NCBI GenBank assembly: GCA_038087875.1
Contig: CM075988.1
Coordinates: 14,882,001 to 14,946,000 of the forward strand
From: Malacoraja senta
Taxonomy: Eukaryota
Direction of reading: 5' to 3'
Length of the DNA stretch: 64,000 bases
Part shown: positions 50,041-61,447 of the stretch, in pieces
Numbering within the stretch: the first letter of the stretch is position 1
How the letters are laid out: the number at the start of each line of letters is the position of its first letter
Notes under the pieces: model-generated
What the model saw: the letters and a program-made list of their open reading frames with translations, nothing else
Told to the model about the DNA's origin: nothing
Databases searched by the model: none
Program-made: the position numbers and the translations under genes

Positions 50041-51504
50041 AAAAAAAATCATTGAAGTCAAATGGAAGTAATGTAAAGATCTTCCACTAGGTGGAGCTGC
50101 CTGTACTATGGCACAGTGCACGAAAGGGGCTTTGGTTTGTGTTGCCTGCAGCACTGCTCATGGCCTGCTTTACGTCACAGAATAGCCATAGCAACTGGAC
50201 CTCAATGTCACGGTGTAGCCAGAGGATTGTTTCCACAAGTTGACTGCATTGCTTGTCCAGTAGTTTAACCAATGCACCGCCACCATACCTTCTTCTGCAA
50301 GGTTTTAGTGCAGAAGCATCGGCATTAACGTGACACAAGTTAAATGAATAGGACTGACATTTATCCTTTTATGCAGTAGCCTCTTTAAATTATCCTGACT
50401 GATGGCGAAAGATCACTCTGATGCTGCAGCAGTCGAGATAATTGTTTTCTTCCTCGCGTTCCATTTCTGTCACAATTGCCATTTATTTTGTTTTGTTTTT
50501 TACTGCAGTTGAGAGGACAGAGCACTGTGACGTTGGAAGTGCCTCGAATAATTTCTCGCCTTTTGAATGGCACGCAGTAAAATCTTTGTGAGTGATGTCG
50601 CTGATGGTGCAGTTCCATTGCACTGCAGTGTACACAGTGCAGAAGTACAGCAGCCCCACGCTATGTTAATACAATGACGACAGAAGGAAAAGCATTAAAC
50701 AAGAAGCAAGGACATAATTAAATAGCTGGAAGAAACATTGAAACGAGAGTAGACAATTTAACCCCAAGGCTCACACATTGATATGGGACATTGCTGACTC
50801 AGAACACTAGCAGTGAAAGGAATAAGATACGAATTGACATAATGCAGTTCTTTTCATTTATGTGAAGCACTGAGAGAGAGTGGAAGCATCAAACAATAAA
50901 TTGTCCACTGACAGTCAGTACAATGGCATTAGCCTGGGAGGAGAGTATGTACCAAGGCCAGTTGTTTTTGCACAATCTTAGCAGAGGCTGGGAAATAAAT
51001 TGGAAAATGAAAAACACATTCAATATTTCATAAAGCAGAGGATGCTCCCATACAAATATCCTCACGCTGTAAATCTTCAATGGTCACTTGTTCACCACAT
51101 TAGTAGTGAGGTATTACTCAGATAATCAACATTCTTAAAGGACAATGCACATTTCTTTCAAGTGGTGAGGGCAATATGCGCACAATGTTAACTCTGCAAT
51201 TTCAAAGTGAGAAAAATTATTCTTTTGAATGTGATTAGGATTTACCAGAAGATAATTTCATCTGAGGACTGGTTCAGTAAGTTCAATTAAACTTCTTCTA
51301 AACCTATCCTTTAGGGGGAAGAACTAAGGAGGACCTGGCATGGGAGAATCGCTGCGAGGGAGGGGGAGGGAGAACAAAGTAGTACCTGGCTCGTGATACT
51401 TTCTAACTTTGTCGTGCCCTTTATGTGGCAACTCTTTGCATACCTTGGGTATGCAAAACAAAGAATTTCACTGTGACTTGTTACATTTGACAATAAGGTA
51501 TTCA

Positions 51505-51880
51505 TTCATATCCATGTACCTGTTCAAATGTTTCTTAAACATTGTGACAGTACCAGCCTCAACTACCTCCTCCAGCACCTCGTTCCATATACTTACCACC
51601 CTTTGTGTAAAAAAAGTTGCTCCTCAGGTTCCTATTAAATCTTTCCCCCCTCACCTTAACCTAAGTCCTCTCATCCTTTAATTGGCTACTCTCGGTAAAA
51701 GACCATGCATTTGCCCTCTCATGATCTTATACCCACCAATATGATGGCCCTTCCTCTTCCTGTGCCCCCAAAATTAAAGTGCTAGCCTGCTCAACCTCTC
51801 CCCATAGCTTAGGCTCTCAAATCCCATCGTAAATCTTTTCTGCACTCTTCCTTTTAGCAACATCTTTCCTATAACTGGTT
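51505..51880 (-). mobile_element. CR1 fragment
   Basis: TCCATGTACCTGT..ACCACCCTTTGTGTAAAAAA..CTCTCATGATCTTATA. Confidence 0.75.
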
Positions 51881-52119
51881 TTTTTTAAACTGCGACAATG
51901 AGGGCACTTCCAAAGAGCTGTTTCAGGATCAAGATGCAGCAATGATTAAAAACTGTTAATATATTGCCAAGTCAGGGCAGTGTTCAACCTGCAGGGGAGA
52001 TGCAGGTGGTAGTGTTCCTACCCACCTGTTGCCCTTATTCTTCTTGGAGTTAGAGATCATGGGTTTGGGAAGTCACACAGTTGCCCGGGCAATTCACTCG
52101 AGTTTATTTTGCAGAAGGC

Positions 52120-52278
52120 ACTGAGAAACATTTAGACAGGTACATGGATAGAGTAGGTTTAGAGGGATATTGGCCAAAAACAGGCAGGTGGGACCAGTGT
52201 AGGTGGGACATGTTGGTTGGCGAGGCCAGGTTGGGCCGAAGGGCCTGTTTCCACACTGCATAACTCTATGACTATGAC
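52120..52278 (+). mobile_element. CR1/HER1-like 3' tail
   Basis: GGGCCGAAGGGCCTGTTTCC..CTCTATGACTATGAC. Confidence 0.8.
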
Positions 52279-52824
52279 TGGGAGAGGAAAGAGTGAGCAG
52301 GGCAGAATGTGCAGTCATACAGTAGCTTCCCATCCACAGTATAAAGTCGGGTTTCATATTTCTGCAGGTGAAGAGACAGGTATACCAACATTTTAATATA
52401 CAACTACTCCATGTCCAAGTTTAAGCAGCAACATTGGGGAAAAAACAAAAGCGCTCAATGCCCCCGTGCCAGGATATGCAGCATCTTCCCCTTCAAACAC
52501 TTCTCAATGGATCCACCGTTGAGGCAGAATTACTTATTAGTATTGTCAAGATGACAGCACACATTTTAGGGATCAATGGACAGCTACCTCTTTCAGTCTG
52601 GGTGCTGCTTCAGTGATTTTCATCAGTAACAGTGGGGAACCCAACCTTTCCATTCGCAATTTCAAAAAGTAAAAATAAACACCCCAGGGAACAATCTGAT
52701 TGATCAACAAACACAGAGTAAGAAATGAACATTTACAAAGCAGCATATATTCAGCTTCAAATGCTAAAAGGGAAAGAAAAGAGACAGCTCCAATATCACG
52801 AGTAATGTGTTATACAGTAGGTAC

Positions 52825-53779
52825 TGTCAAAAAGAAAAAAGGTAGGAACGGGAAGCAATAGCTCAGGGAAGAGCTAGGAAATCAAGCAGGGGCAGTAAGG
52901 GTCACCAAGCACGGTGTCAGCTTACCTGGAATGTATCCAGGGCTGTGAAGCCCACAGCCAAGCTCAAGCAGCGGCCACAGACGTTGGGTGGGGGCCTAGT
53001 ACCGTGAAGGCCACGGACAGGTTCAGAAAAGCCACCGACAAGAGGCTGAGTCTTCAGCCCAACTGGGAACAGTCAACCTGGTGGGGGGAGAAAGCAGAGA
53101 AAGCCCAGTCGGGAGCAGAGTCAGCCCGACCGTGCACAGAGAAGCGGAGATAAGCCGAGTTCCGCCCGGGGCTTTAAAAAAGGGCGCACAGCACCGGAAG
53201 CGAGGAAAATACGGAAGTTGACTTGCGGCTAAAAACGTGAACAGTATAATCTAAGAGACTGTCCTAAAAACTGCCGCGATCGCCAGCGAAGGCATGCAGG
53301 ACTGATTATCTACAGCACCCGATTGGCAGCCAGTTTTTCACCTGCTAAAAGACTAAACTGTTAAATACCTACAACATCCAAATGCCTTCAAAGTAATGGT
53401 TGAAGCAATAAATCAAGTGAAACTGTCAATTAATTGCTGAATCAGCCAAAATAAAAGGAGAAAAAAAAATGGAAAAGAAGTGGTTTGGTCATTGAGTGAA
53501 ATCCAGTTCATCATTTCGGGGTGGATGAATCAGATACAATACAATACAACAATACAATACCATTTATTGTCATTTGAACCTCAAATGAGGTTCAAAAGAA
53601 ATTTGGTTTCTGCAGTCAAACAAAACAAAACAGTTCCTACACAACACACAAACAATTCAATCCACAGAAAAACATCCATCACAGTGAATCTCCTCCTCAC
53701 TGTGATGGAAGGCAAAGTCTTTCAAGCGGGGATCCCTTTCAAGCGGGGAATCTGCACAAAAACATTAGAAGACTTGACA
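52825..53779 (+). repeat. Left LTR, carrying a ~204-bp insertion at ~53536-53739
   Basis: Aligns to 59397-60156 apart from the insert. Confidence 0.9.
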
Positions 53780-53845
53780 GTGAAAAACTGCTGTGACCAG
53801 GAGATCTGGAAACCTGGAAAAGAGACAGTTAAGTCAAGATAAATC

Positions 53846-54165
53846 ATGGCTGATGAAGTTACTGGAAAGTCAGCTGAGCAGCTCAAGGTGGAGAGGACAA
53901 CAGCAAAACGGGCATTCTCTCGTCTTGTTAACAGCATCATTAGGAACCATAAAGAAATGTCTGAAGAGGAGCTCAGGAACAATTTCAACAAACTCATGCA
54001 AGAGGCCGAAAAAGTCATGGAAGCCAATGACGATGTGGAGGCTGCACTCATTGCAGAGCTGGAGGCGGAGCTGGACGCAGATGAGGAAGCTGTGTTAACT
54101 GAACAGCAAAAAGCCAACCTGGCAAAGACTGCAAAGGAGTGTGAGTCGAAACTAAAAGAGGTCAA
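53846..54165 (+). pseudogene. BEL gag N-terminus, truncated
   Basis: MADEVTGKS..LKVERTTAKRAFSRL, coiled-coil-like, starting about 65 bp after the LTR. Confidence 0.75.
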
Positions 54166-54174
54166 GAAGAAGCT

Positions 54175-54763
54175 TTTTGGGGACGAGAAGCTCGAGTGTT
54201 CTTAGGTGTTTCTGGAAGCTCTCTTGCTCATCCAGGGGGACCCAACGTTTCCACCGACTGTACGTCTCCTTTGCAGTCTCTACCAGTTTCTGCAGGTGGT
54301 TAAGCATGAATTCATATGCTGCTTGGTTGCTATTTGATGGTGCGGTGGCAGCAGCAAGTTCACATGCACCATCTGCTGTCTGTAGTGAGGTGGATAATTC
54401 AACATTTCCAAAGTTTGCCCATAGAGTGTCCTGGATGAGCCCTTTGACCTATTTTAGTTTCGACTCACACTCCTTTGCAGTCTTTGCCAGGTTGGCTTTT
54501 TGCTGTTCAGTTAACACAGCTTCCTCATCTGCGTCCAGCTCCGCCTCCAGCTCTGCAATGAGTCCAGCCTCCACATCGTCATTGGCTTCCATGACTTTTT
54601 CGGCCTCTTGCATGAGTTTGATGAAATTGTTCCTGAGCTCCTCTTCAGACATTTCTTTATGGTTCCTAATGATGCTGTTAACAAGACGAGAGAATGCCCG
54701 TTTTGCTGTTGTCCTCTCCACCTTGAGCTGCTCAGCTGACTTTCCAGTAACTTCATCAGCCAT
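54175..54763 (-). pseudogene. Inverted, longer copy of the BEL gag N-terminus
   Basis: Same protein with a TAG at 54449-54451. The frame continues VKGLIQDTLWANFG..RWKRWVP through the spacer. Confidence 0.75.
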
Positions 54764-55182
54764 GATTTATCTTGACTTAACTGTCTCTTTTCCAGGTTTC
54801 CAGATCTCCTGGTCACAGCAGTTTTTCACTGTCAAGTCTTCTAATGTTTTTGTGCAGATTCCCCGCTTGAAAGGGATCCCCGCTTGAAAGACTTTGCCTT
54901 CCATCACAGTGAGGAGGAGATTCACTGTGATGGATGTTTTTCTGTGGATTGAATTGTTTGTGTGTTGTGTAGGAACTGTTTTGTTTTGTTTGACTGCAGA
55001 AACCAAATTTCTTTTGAACCTCATTTGAGGTTCAAATGACAATAAATGGTATTGTATTGTTGTATTGTATTGTATCTGATTCATCCACCCCGAAATGATG
55101 AACTGGATTTCACTCAATGACCAAACCACTTCTTTTCCATTTTTTTTTCTCCTTTTATTTTGGCTGATTCAGCAATTAATTG

Positions 55183-58100
55183 GTGTCAGCTTAAATGATT
55201 TGCTGATGAAAGGTCCAGACGTCCTCAACCAAATTCGCGCCGTCCTCCTCAGATTCAGAGGCGGAATCTATGCTGCTCTGGGAGACATAAAGAAGATGTA
55301 TAACTCAGTCTGGTTGGAGGACCGTGAAGTACACTTACACAGATTCCTCTGGCGAGATTCCGAGGACGAGGAGCTGGGAGAGTATGCTATCACAAGAGTG
55401 AACATCAGAGACAAACCTGCGGGGTGCATTGCACAGTTGGCAATGTGTGAGACTGCTAATCTTCCTTCTTTTACCCACCTCAAGGATGAGCAGCAAGTAC
55501 TCCAGAAAGACAGCTATGTTGACGACATCCTCACATCTCACAACAGCCTCGACCAGTTGAGAATCATCACAGCAAATGTGGAACGAATCCTGAAAGTTGG
55601 TGTGTTTGAGCTCAAGCCTTGGGTTCTGTCTGGCCAAAGTGGGAGGAAGGAGGACAGTGATACTTTAAAGAAAAGCAAAACAAAAACCATGATCCTACCC
55701 AACCAAATGCATGATGATGATAACAAGGCACTTGGTCTGGGCTACATTGTTGAAGAGGACATGCTCCACGTTATGGTGGGAATCAATTTCTCCAAGAGAA
55801 AGAAAAAGATGCAGCTTGGTCAAGGCCTTCTACAAGAGCAAATCAGAACTCAGACGCCAAATCCCCTAACAAGAAGAGAGCTTCTCAGCCAGGTAGCAGG
55901 GCTATATGACCTCATCGGCATAGTGGCTCCTGTTAAGCAAAAGGGAGCGATTCTAGTACGCAGAGCTTTCCAGGAAGCAAAAGAGGGAAGCTGTTCGGTC
56001 AGAGACACATGGGACATGGCACTCTCAGATGGACTCAGGGAGGATGCAATTAAGCACTTTGAAGAGTATGTACAACTTGGAAAAGTCAAGTTCGTCAGGG
56101 CACTGACTCCCTCTTGCTCCGCAACTGAACCCTTGGGGATCACCTTTTCTGACGGAAGTGAGCACACCTACGGGGCAGGGATGTACCTGAGATGGGATTC
56201 AGACCATGGCCCAATTGTCAGACTTGTGAAATCCAAGGCCAAGTTAACTCCCTTGGACCACAGAGGAGACGCTGTTAAAGCAGAGATGTGCGGAGCAGTG
56301 TTCGCCTCACGCTTGAGGAAGTATTTCGAGCTACACAGTCGAATTCAAGTGGAGAAGTGGTATCATCTTGTGGATAGCCAAACAATCCTTGGTGCAATAC
56401 AGCGAGAAAGCTACGGATTTCAGACATTCTTCGCCAATCGGATTGGAGAGATTCAAACAAGCACCAACATTCAGGACTGACGGTGGATTCCTGGCCCACA
56501 AAACATCGCTGATGTAATCACCAGAGGTGCCAGCCCTCAAGACCTTGATCAGTATTCGGAGTGGCAAAATGGACCGAAGTTCCTGGTGTTGCCTGTGAGT
56601 GAGTGGCCAATAAAATCAGCTAAGGAACTGGCTGCCACTGCCAGAGAGAACATCGAAAAGTTACAGAAGAAAGCTTTTGTTGCAGCACTATCAAGAGCCA
56701 AAGTAGAGAAACAAGAACCAGAACCAACAAATCCAAAGAGACCACCTGCAGGGTCAGCTATACAGAACCTTGTTGATGTCAAGCGGTTCAGCATTCTAAC
56801 TCGACTGATCAAGACAGTCGCATGGATTTGGAGAGCAGCGAAGAGGTTTCTTGGCAAGGAAAAAGCCCTAAACGATCCAAAGTGGGAGGCCATCTCTTTG
56901 ACAGGAGTCATTACAGGAAGAGAACGAGAAAATGCTCTAAAAGACATTTTTTGTGCTGCGCAATTGGGCACAACTTTCCCAAGCACCACAACAGATCGAC
57001 TGGTAGCCTATAAAGACCAAGATTCTGGGCTGATGGTTTGTGGTGGCAGAGTGCAGAGCTTTGAAGAGGATAAAGTTGCTGTTCCCATCCTGCCCGTTGA
57101 TGCCTGGGTGTCCATGCTGCTAGCTCGGGAGGCTCACAGGGAGAGTCATGACGGAGTGGCTGGGACCTTGCTTAAAATGAGAGGAAAGGCTTGGGTCATA
57201 AAAGGAAGGAGAATTGCTCAAAAAGTCGTTGATCACTGCATAATCTGCAAGAAAGCAAAGGCAAAGAAATGTCAACAAGTAATGAGTGATCTGCCGCCTG
57301 AAAGAACTGAACCTGCTGCTCCTTTTGAGTTTACAACAGTTGACCTCTTTGGACCCTACTACGTACACGATGACGTCAAGAAGAGGGTAAAACTCAAAGT
57401 CTGGGGAGTTGTCTTCTGCTGTATGGCCAGCAGAGCCATCCACACAGAGTTAGTCAACACCTTATCAAGTGAAGGGTTTCTGATGGCTTATCAAAGATTC
57501 ACAGCAATCCGTGGGCACCCCAAGAAGATCTGGTCAGATCCAGGCACCAATTTTATTGGCGCAAAACCAGTCTTAGAGGAACTATATAGATTTTTGGACA
57601 ACCTGGACAGAGCAGCTTTGGAGGAGAACGCAGCTAAAAATGGAACAGAGTGGATGTGGAAAATCCATCCTGCTGATTCTCCACACAGAAATGGCGCTGC
57701 GGAAGCTGCTGTGCGTGCTGTGAAGAGAGCGCTCCAAAGTTTTGGAAAAGAATCGTCACTCAGTTATAGTGAGTCTCAGGCAGCTCTTTACATGGCAGCC
57801 AACCTGTCAAATGAACGTCCGATCGACGCCAGGATACAAAGCCGGGAAGACTGCGTTCAGTACATCACACCAAATACTCTTCTGCTTGGCCGAGCAAAAG
57901 ACTTAGAACAATGCAGTCAGAGGTGAACAAGTTTTGGAAGAGCTGGAGCCAACTCGCCGGTCCTAACTTGTTTATAAGGAGCAAGTGGCACACCACTCAG
58001 AGAAATGTCACTGCCGGAGACATTGTCTGGTTAAGTGACCAAAATGCACTGAGGGGGCAATTCAAGCTGGGCAGAGTCCTCAGCTCCAATCCAGACCGCA

Positions 58101-58309
58101 AAGGCATCGTGAGAGACGTTAATGTACGGATCTTTCCAAGTTACTCCATTCCTCTGACAAAGGCTTTGAAAGGAAGGGCAAGGCATTCCACTCAGGGGAA
58201 GGTGAGGATCCAAGCCACGATTGTTCACATGGATGTTAGGCGGCTGGTTGTCTTGCTTCCAGTGGAAGAACAAGACAGCAATGCATCAGGAGACCAAGTT
58301 CAAACCTAG
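55183..58309 (+). pseudogene. BEL/Pao pol (RT, RNase H, integrase, C-terminal domain), disrupted
   Basis: Motifs SLND.L.KGPD.LN, DIKKMY, SYVDD, FSDGS, H..H..CIIC, DLFGP, SDPGTNF, NGAAE and FWKSW. TGA at 56478-56480 and a frameshift or deletion near 57900. Confidence 0.95.
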
Positions 58310-58364
58310 ACTTCAAAGTTTGACCTTAAAGCGTCGATCTCCCAAGTGGTTCCATTGGAAGATC

Positions 58365-58387
58365 GAGTGGGAGGTGTCGAGTCAAAC
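58365..58387 (+). promoter_or_regulatory. BEL polypurine tract plus a 13-bp stub of the original 3' LTR
   Basis: GAGTGGGAGG followed by TGTCGAGTC (58375), which matches the reverse complement of the LTR end GACTTGACA at 8/9. Confidence 0.7.
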
Positions 58388-58735
58388 TGTAATGAAAGGT
58401 ATTACCTGCCTCCAAGTTAAAGGGGGAGGAGTATTATGTATGTAATATAATTGGTGTTACCGGGCTCCAAGTTAAAGGGGGAGGAGTGTTAGGTATGGGA
58501 TAATTAGGATAAGTAATTGGTGTCTTGTGATGTCTGGGGCAAGTACGCAGGAGCAGAAAAGACAAGGTGGCGTCCTGCAGTAAAGAAGCTTGTATGATTC
58601 CTCCCGTGTCCGAGCCTTTATTCAAGATTGTTCAAAGCATCCGAATACACAACAATTGGCGTCGAGGATAAAAGAACGAAGATAAGAACAAGGCCAGCAA
58701 GAAGAATCGAAAATAAAAGTTAAAAATAGAAGTAG
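58388..58735 (+). mobile_element. Gypsy-type LTR (58388-58654) with PBS and leader
   Basis: TGT..ACA ends, PBS-like TGGCGTCGAGGA at 58657-58668, and two internal PPT-like 23-mers. Confidence 0.65.
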
Positions 58736-58738
58736 TAT

Positions 58739-59277
58739 AACCCCCACAATCAAAATGTGGATTATAGAAATGACAGAGACCTTAAACGTGGAAAGAATCA
58801 GATTTTCCCTGTTGGACAAACAGGAATTATTCGTTGGAACATGGTCTCCCTTTATTGATTATTTAAAGGGTCAGAATGGTTCAGCACAGGAACCTGACTA
58901 ACACTCGGGCTAAAGAATGGATGAAATGCTATACTCTGAAATGTACGAATATATCTCGAATGAAGTTTTTTATTTTAATAAATTTTTCCATTCATCTTTA
59001 ACTATCTTTTTCTTTTCTGTTTTGTTTTTTGTTTTTTGTTTTATTTTATTTATTTTTTTTTTTTTTCTTTCTCTCTCTTTTCTTCTCTCTCTTTTCTTTC
59101 TTTACTTCATCTATATTTTTAGTTCTATCTAGTTTAAAAAAAACAAAAAAGGCAAAAGGTATTGGAGACAATGTAATAATAATTGACAATATTATCAATT
59201 CAAAAATGTAAGACTGGTAATGATGTTAATAGGTTGTGTACTTATCTCCAATAAAAAATATTTTCAAAAAAAAAAAA
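58739..59277 (+). mobile_element. 5'-truncated L1
   Basis: Translates TPTIKMWIIEMTETLNVERIRF..WSPFIDYL*, followed by a T-rich 3' UTR, AATAAA and poly(A). AGTAGTAT lies on both flanks. Confidence 0.8.
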
Positions 59278-59396
59278 TATATAGTAGTATTTGGAAACAA
59301 GTGGAACAGCACCAAGCCAAATGGTTTTGAATTGGCGCCAAAAAGAAAAAAGGTAGGAACGGGAATATCACGAGTAATGTGTTATACAGTAGGTAC

Positions 59397-60156
59397 TGTC
59401 AAAAAGAAAAAAGGTAAGAACGGGAAGTAATAGCTCAGGGAAGAGCTAGGAAATCAAGCAGGGGCAGTAAGGGTCACCAAGCACGGTGTCAGCTTACCTG
59501 GAATGTATCCAGGGCTGTGCAGCCCACAGCCAAGCTCAAGCAGCAGCAACAGACGTCGGGTGGGGGCCTAGTACCGTGAAGGCCACGGACAGGTTCAGAA
59601 AACCCACCGACAAGAGGCTGAGTCTTCAGCCCAACTGGGAACAGTCAACCCGGTGGGGGGAGAAAGCAGAGAAAGCCCGGTCGGGAGCAGAGTCGGCCCG
59701 ACCGTGAACAGAGAAGCGGAGATAAGCCGAGTTCCGCCCGGGGCTTTAAAAAAGGGCACACAGCACCGGAAGCGAGGAAAAGACGGAAGTTGACTTGTGG
59801 CTAAAAACTTGAACAGTATAATCTAAGAGACTGTCCTAAAAACTGCCGCGATCGCCAGCGAAGGCATGCAGGACTGATTATCTACAGCACCCGATTGGCA
59901 GCCAGTTTTTCACCTGGTAAAAGACTAAACTGTTAAATAACTTAAGACCTACAACATCCAAATGCCTTCAAAGTAATGGTTGAAGCAATAAATCAAGTGA
60001 AACTGTCAATTAATTGCTGAATCAGCCAAAATAAAAGGAGCAAAAAAAATGGAAAAGAAATGGTTTGGTCATTGAGTGAAATCCAGTTCATCATTTCAGG
60101 GTGGATGAATCAGATCCAAGCGGGGAATCTGCACAAAAACATTAGAAGACTTGACA
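59397..60156 (+). repeat. Right LTR copy, flanked by GGTAC on both sides
   Basis: GGTAC at 59392-59396 and 60157-60161. Confidence 0.9.
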
Positions 60157-60479
60157 GGTACTATGAATGGAACACAAACATGAAACCATGCTGTCGCTCA
60201 AAATACACCAGTAAAAGTTTGAGGTTTGCGCATCAACCAATTTCTACCCTGGCACGATAGATAGAAGTTCAGTGTCATCAGGGTCAAAAAGATGGTGTTG
60301 GAGCAATTGACTCCAAATATGCTGGTGTCAAATTGGCTGGACCGGGCGCCGTTCCAAAAGCATAGACCGGACGCGATCTACTGCGGTGAAGCAGTGGAGG
60401 ACACATGGCTATGCTTGGCCAAGCCGGCCCTGCAATGCCGCCAGGACAACGGGCCTTCATGGTCAGGTCAAGAACCCTA

Positions 60480-60995
60480 TACTTACAACAACTGGGACTT
60501 GAGGAGATTTGGCATGTCAACAAATATTCTCTTGAACTTCCACAGGTGTAGGGTAGAGAGCATATTGATTAGTCTGATTCAGCAATTCAGACTCCCAGGA
60601 ACAAAGGAGATTACTAAAAGTGGTGAACACTGCCCAGTCCATCACGCATTCCGACCTCCACACCATCAAAGGGTTCTATAAGAGGTTCTGCCTCAGAAAG
60701 GCTGCCAGCACCATGCTTACACCATCCTGGCCATGCTTACGTCCAGTTTCAGGAACAGCTTCTTCCCAACAACCATCAGGCTATTGAACTCCTGACTATA
60801 AACTGCCTGTGTTTCACTGGGGACATTGGGCTTTGTTTTATTTTTGCACTATATGTTTTTTTTTTAATTAATTGAACTTCTTTTTTTTTTGTTTGTTTAT
60901 TAAATAATATGTTGAGTACTGTTTTGCAGTTGCTGCAAGTAAGAATTTCAATGTTCCATTTTGGGACATATGACAATAAAACTCTTTTGATTTTG
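60480..60995 (+). mobile_element. Rex1/Babar-like LINE 3' end
   Basis: Translates LRRFGMS..LLNFHRCRVESIL and FRNSFFPTTIRLLN. Tail TGACAATAAA. Confidence 0.8.
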
Positions 60996-61447
60996 ATGTC
61001 CATCATCCTGCCATGATGCATGGTAATACTCTACTAATTACTTTCACAGAAAAGGAAATCTCTGTATATTTCATGTCCTTATTATGCACCAACATTCCTA
61101 CTCTCTTTCTCCTTTCTCTGTATATTCCTTGAAAATATTTATCTAAAATCACAGCATTGATACTTCAAATTTCTAACTATCTGGCTCCTTAACCATATAC
61201 ACCATGGGGCTAAGTCCTCTGGTGTTAGACTCTCAGAATTGAGACTTAGAAATCTAACCAACAAAATTGGGAAGCCCGATGGCACTATTCTCGGTCACAC
61301 CACACCATAGATGCCGAGCATTGGTCATCATTTCCATCCCAGGCATCTGCTTGAATTTGATTTGAACTACTGCCAAAAGCTTTCTTGGCCACCCGAGCTA
61401 CCTGTGATGCCACTTTCAAGGAACAATGTCCCTGCACTATGTACCAC

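Larger units (their letters stand above)
53427..55182. repeat. Long inverted repeat: arms 53427-54165 and 54444-55182 (739 bp each), 278-bp spacer
   Basis: Mirror-image ORFs (53846+ and 54763-; 53480+ and 55129-). The outer and inner end coordinates give the same sum, so there is no net indel. Confidence 0.95.
52825..60156 (+). mobile_element. Rearranged BEL/Pao LTR retrotransposon
   Basis: Outer LTR-like repeats at 52825-53779 and 59397-60156 (TGTCAA..TTGACA). TSD GGTAC at 52820-52824 and 60157-60161. BEL-type pol. Confidence 0.92.

Noticed and set aside
50050..50900. Repeat-poor stretches that might be conserved enhancers or exons (also ~5600-6400, 15600-16480, 18500-19080, 43300-43800)
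   Set aside because: No recognisable protein motif or splice pattern. Conservation cannot be judged without alignments.
54177..54887. 236-aa plus-strand ORF
   Set aside because: It is the antisense of the inverted gag copy.
55095..55182. Hydrophobic signal- or TM-like N-terminus fused to BEL RT
   Set aside because: It is a chance reading of inverted LTR sequence at the rearrangement junction, and downstream pol has a stop and a frameshift.
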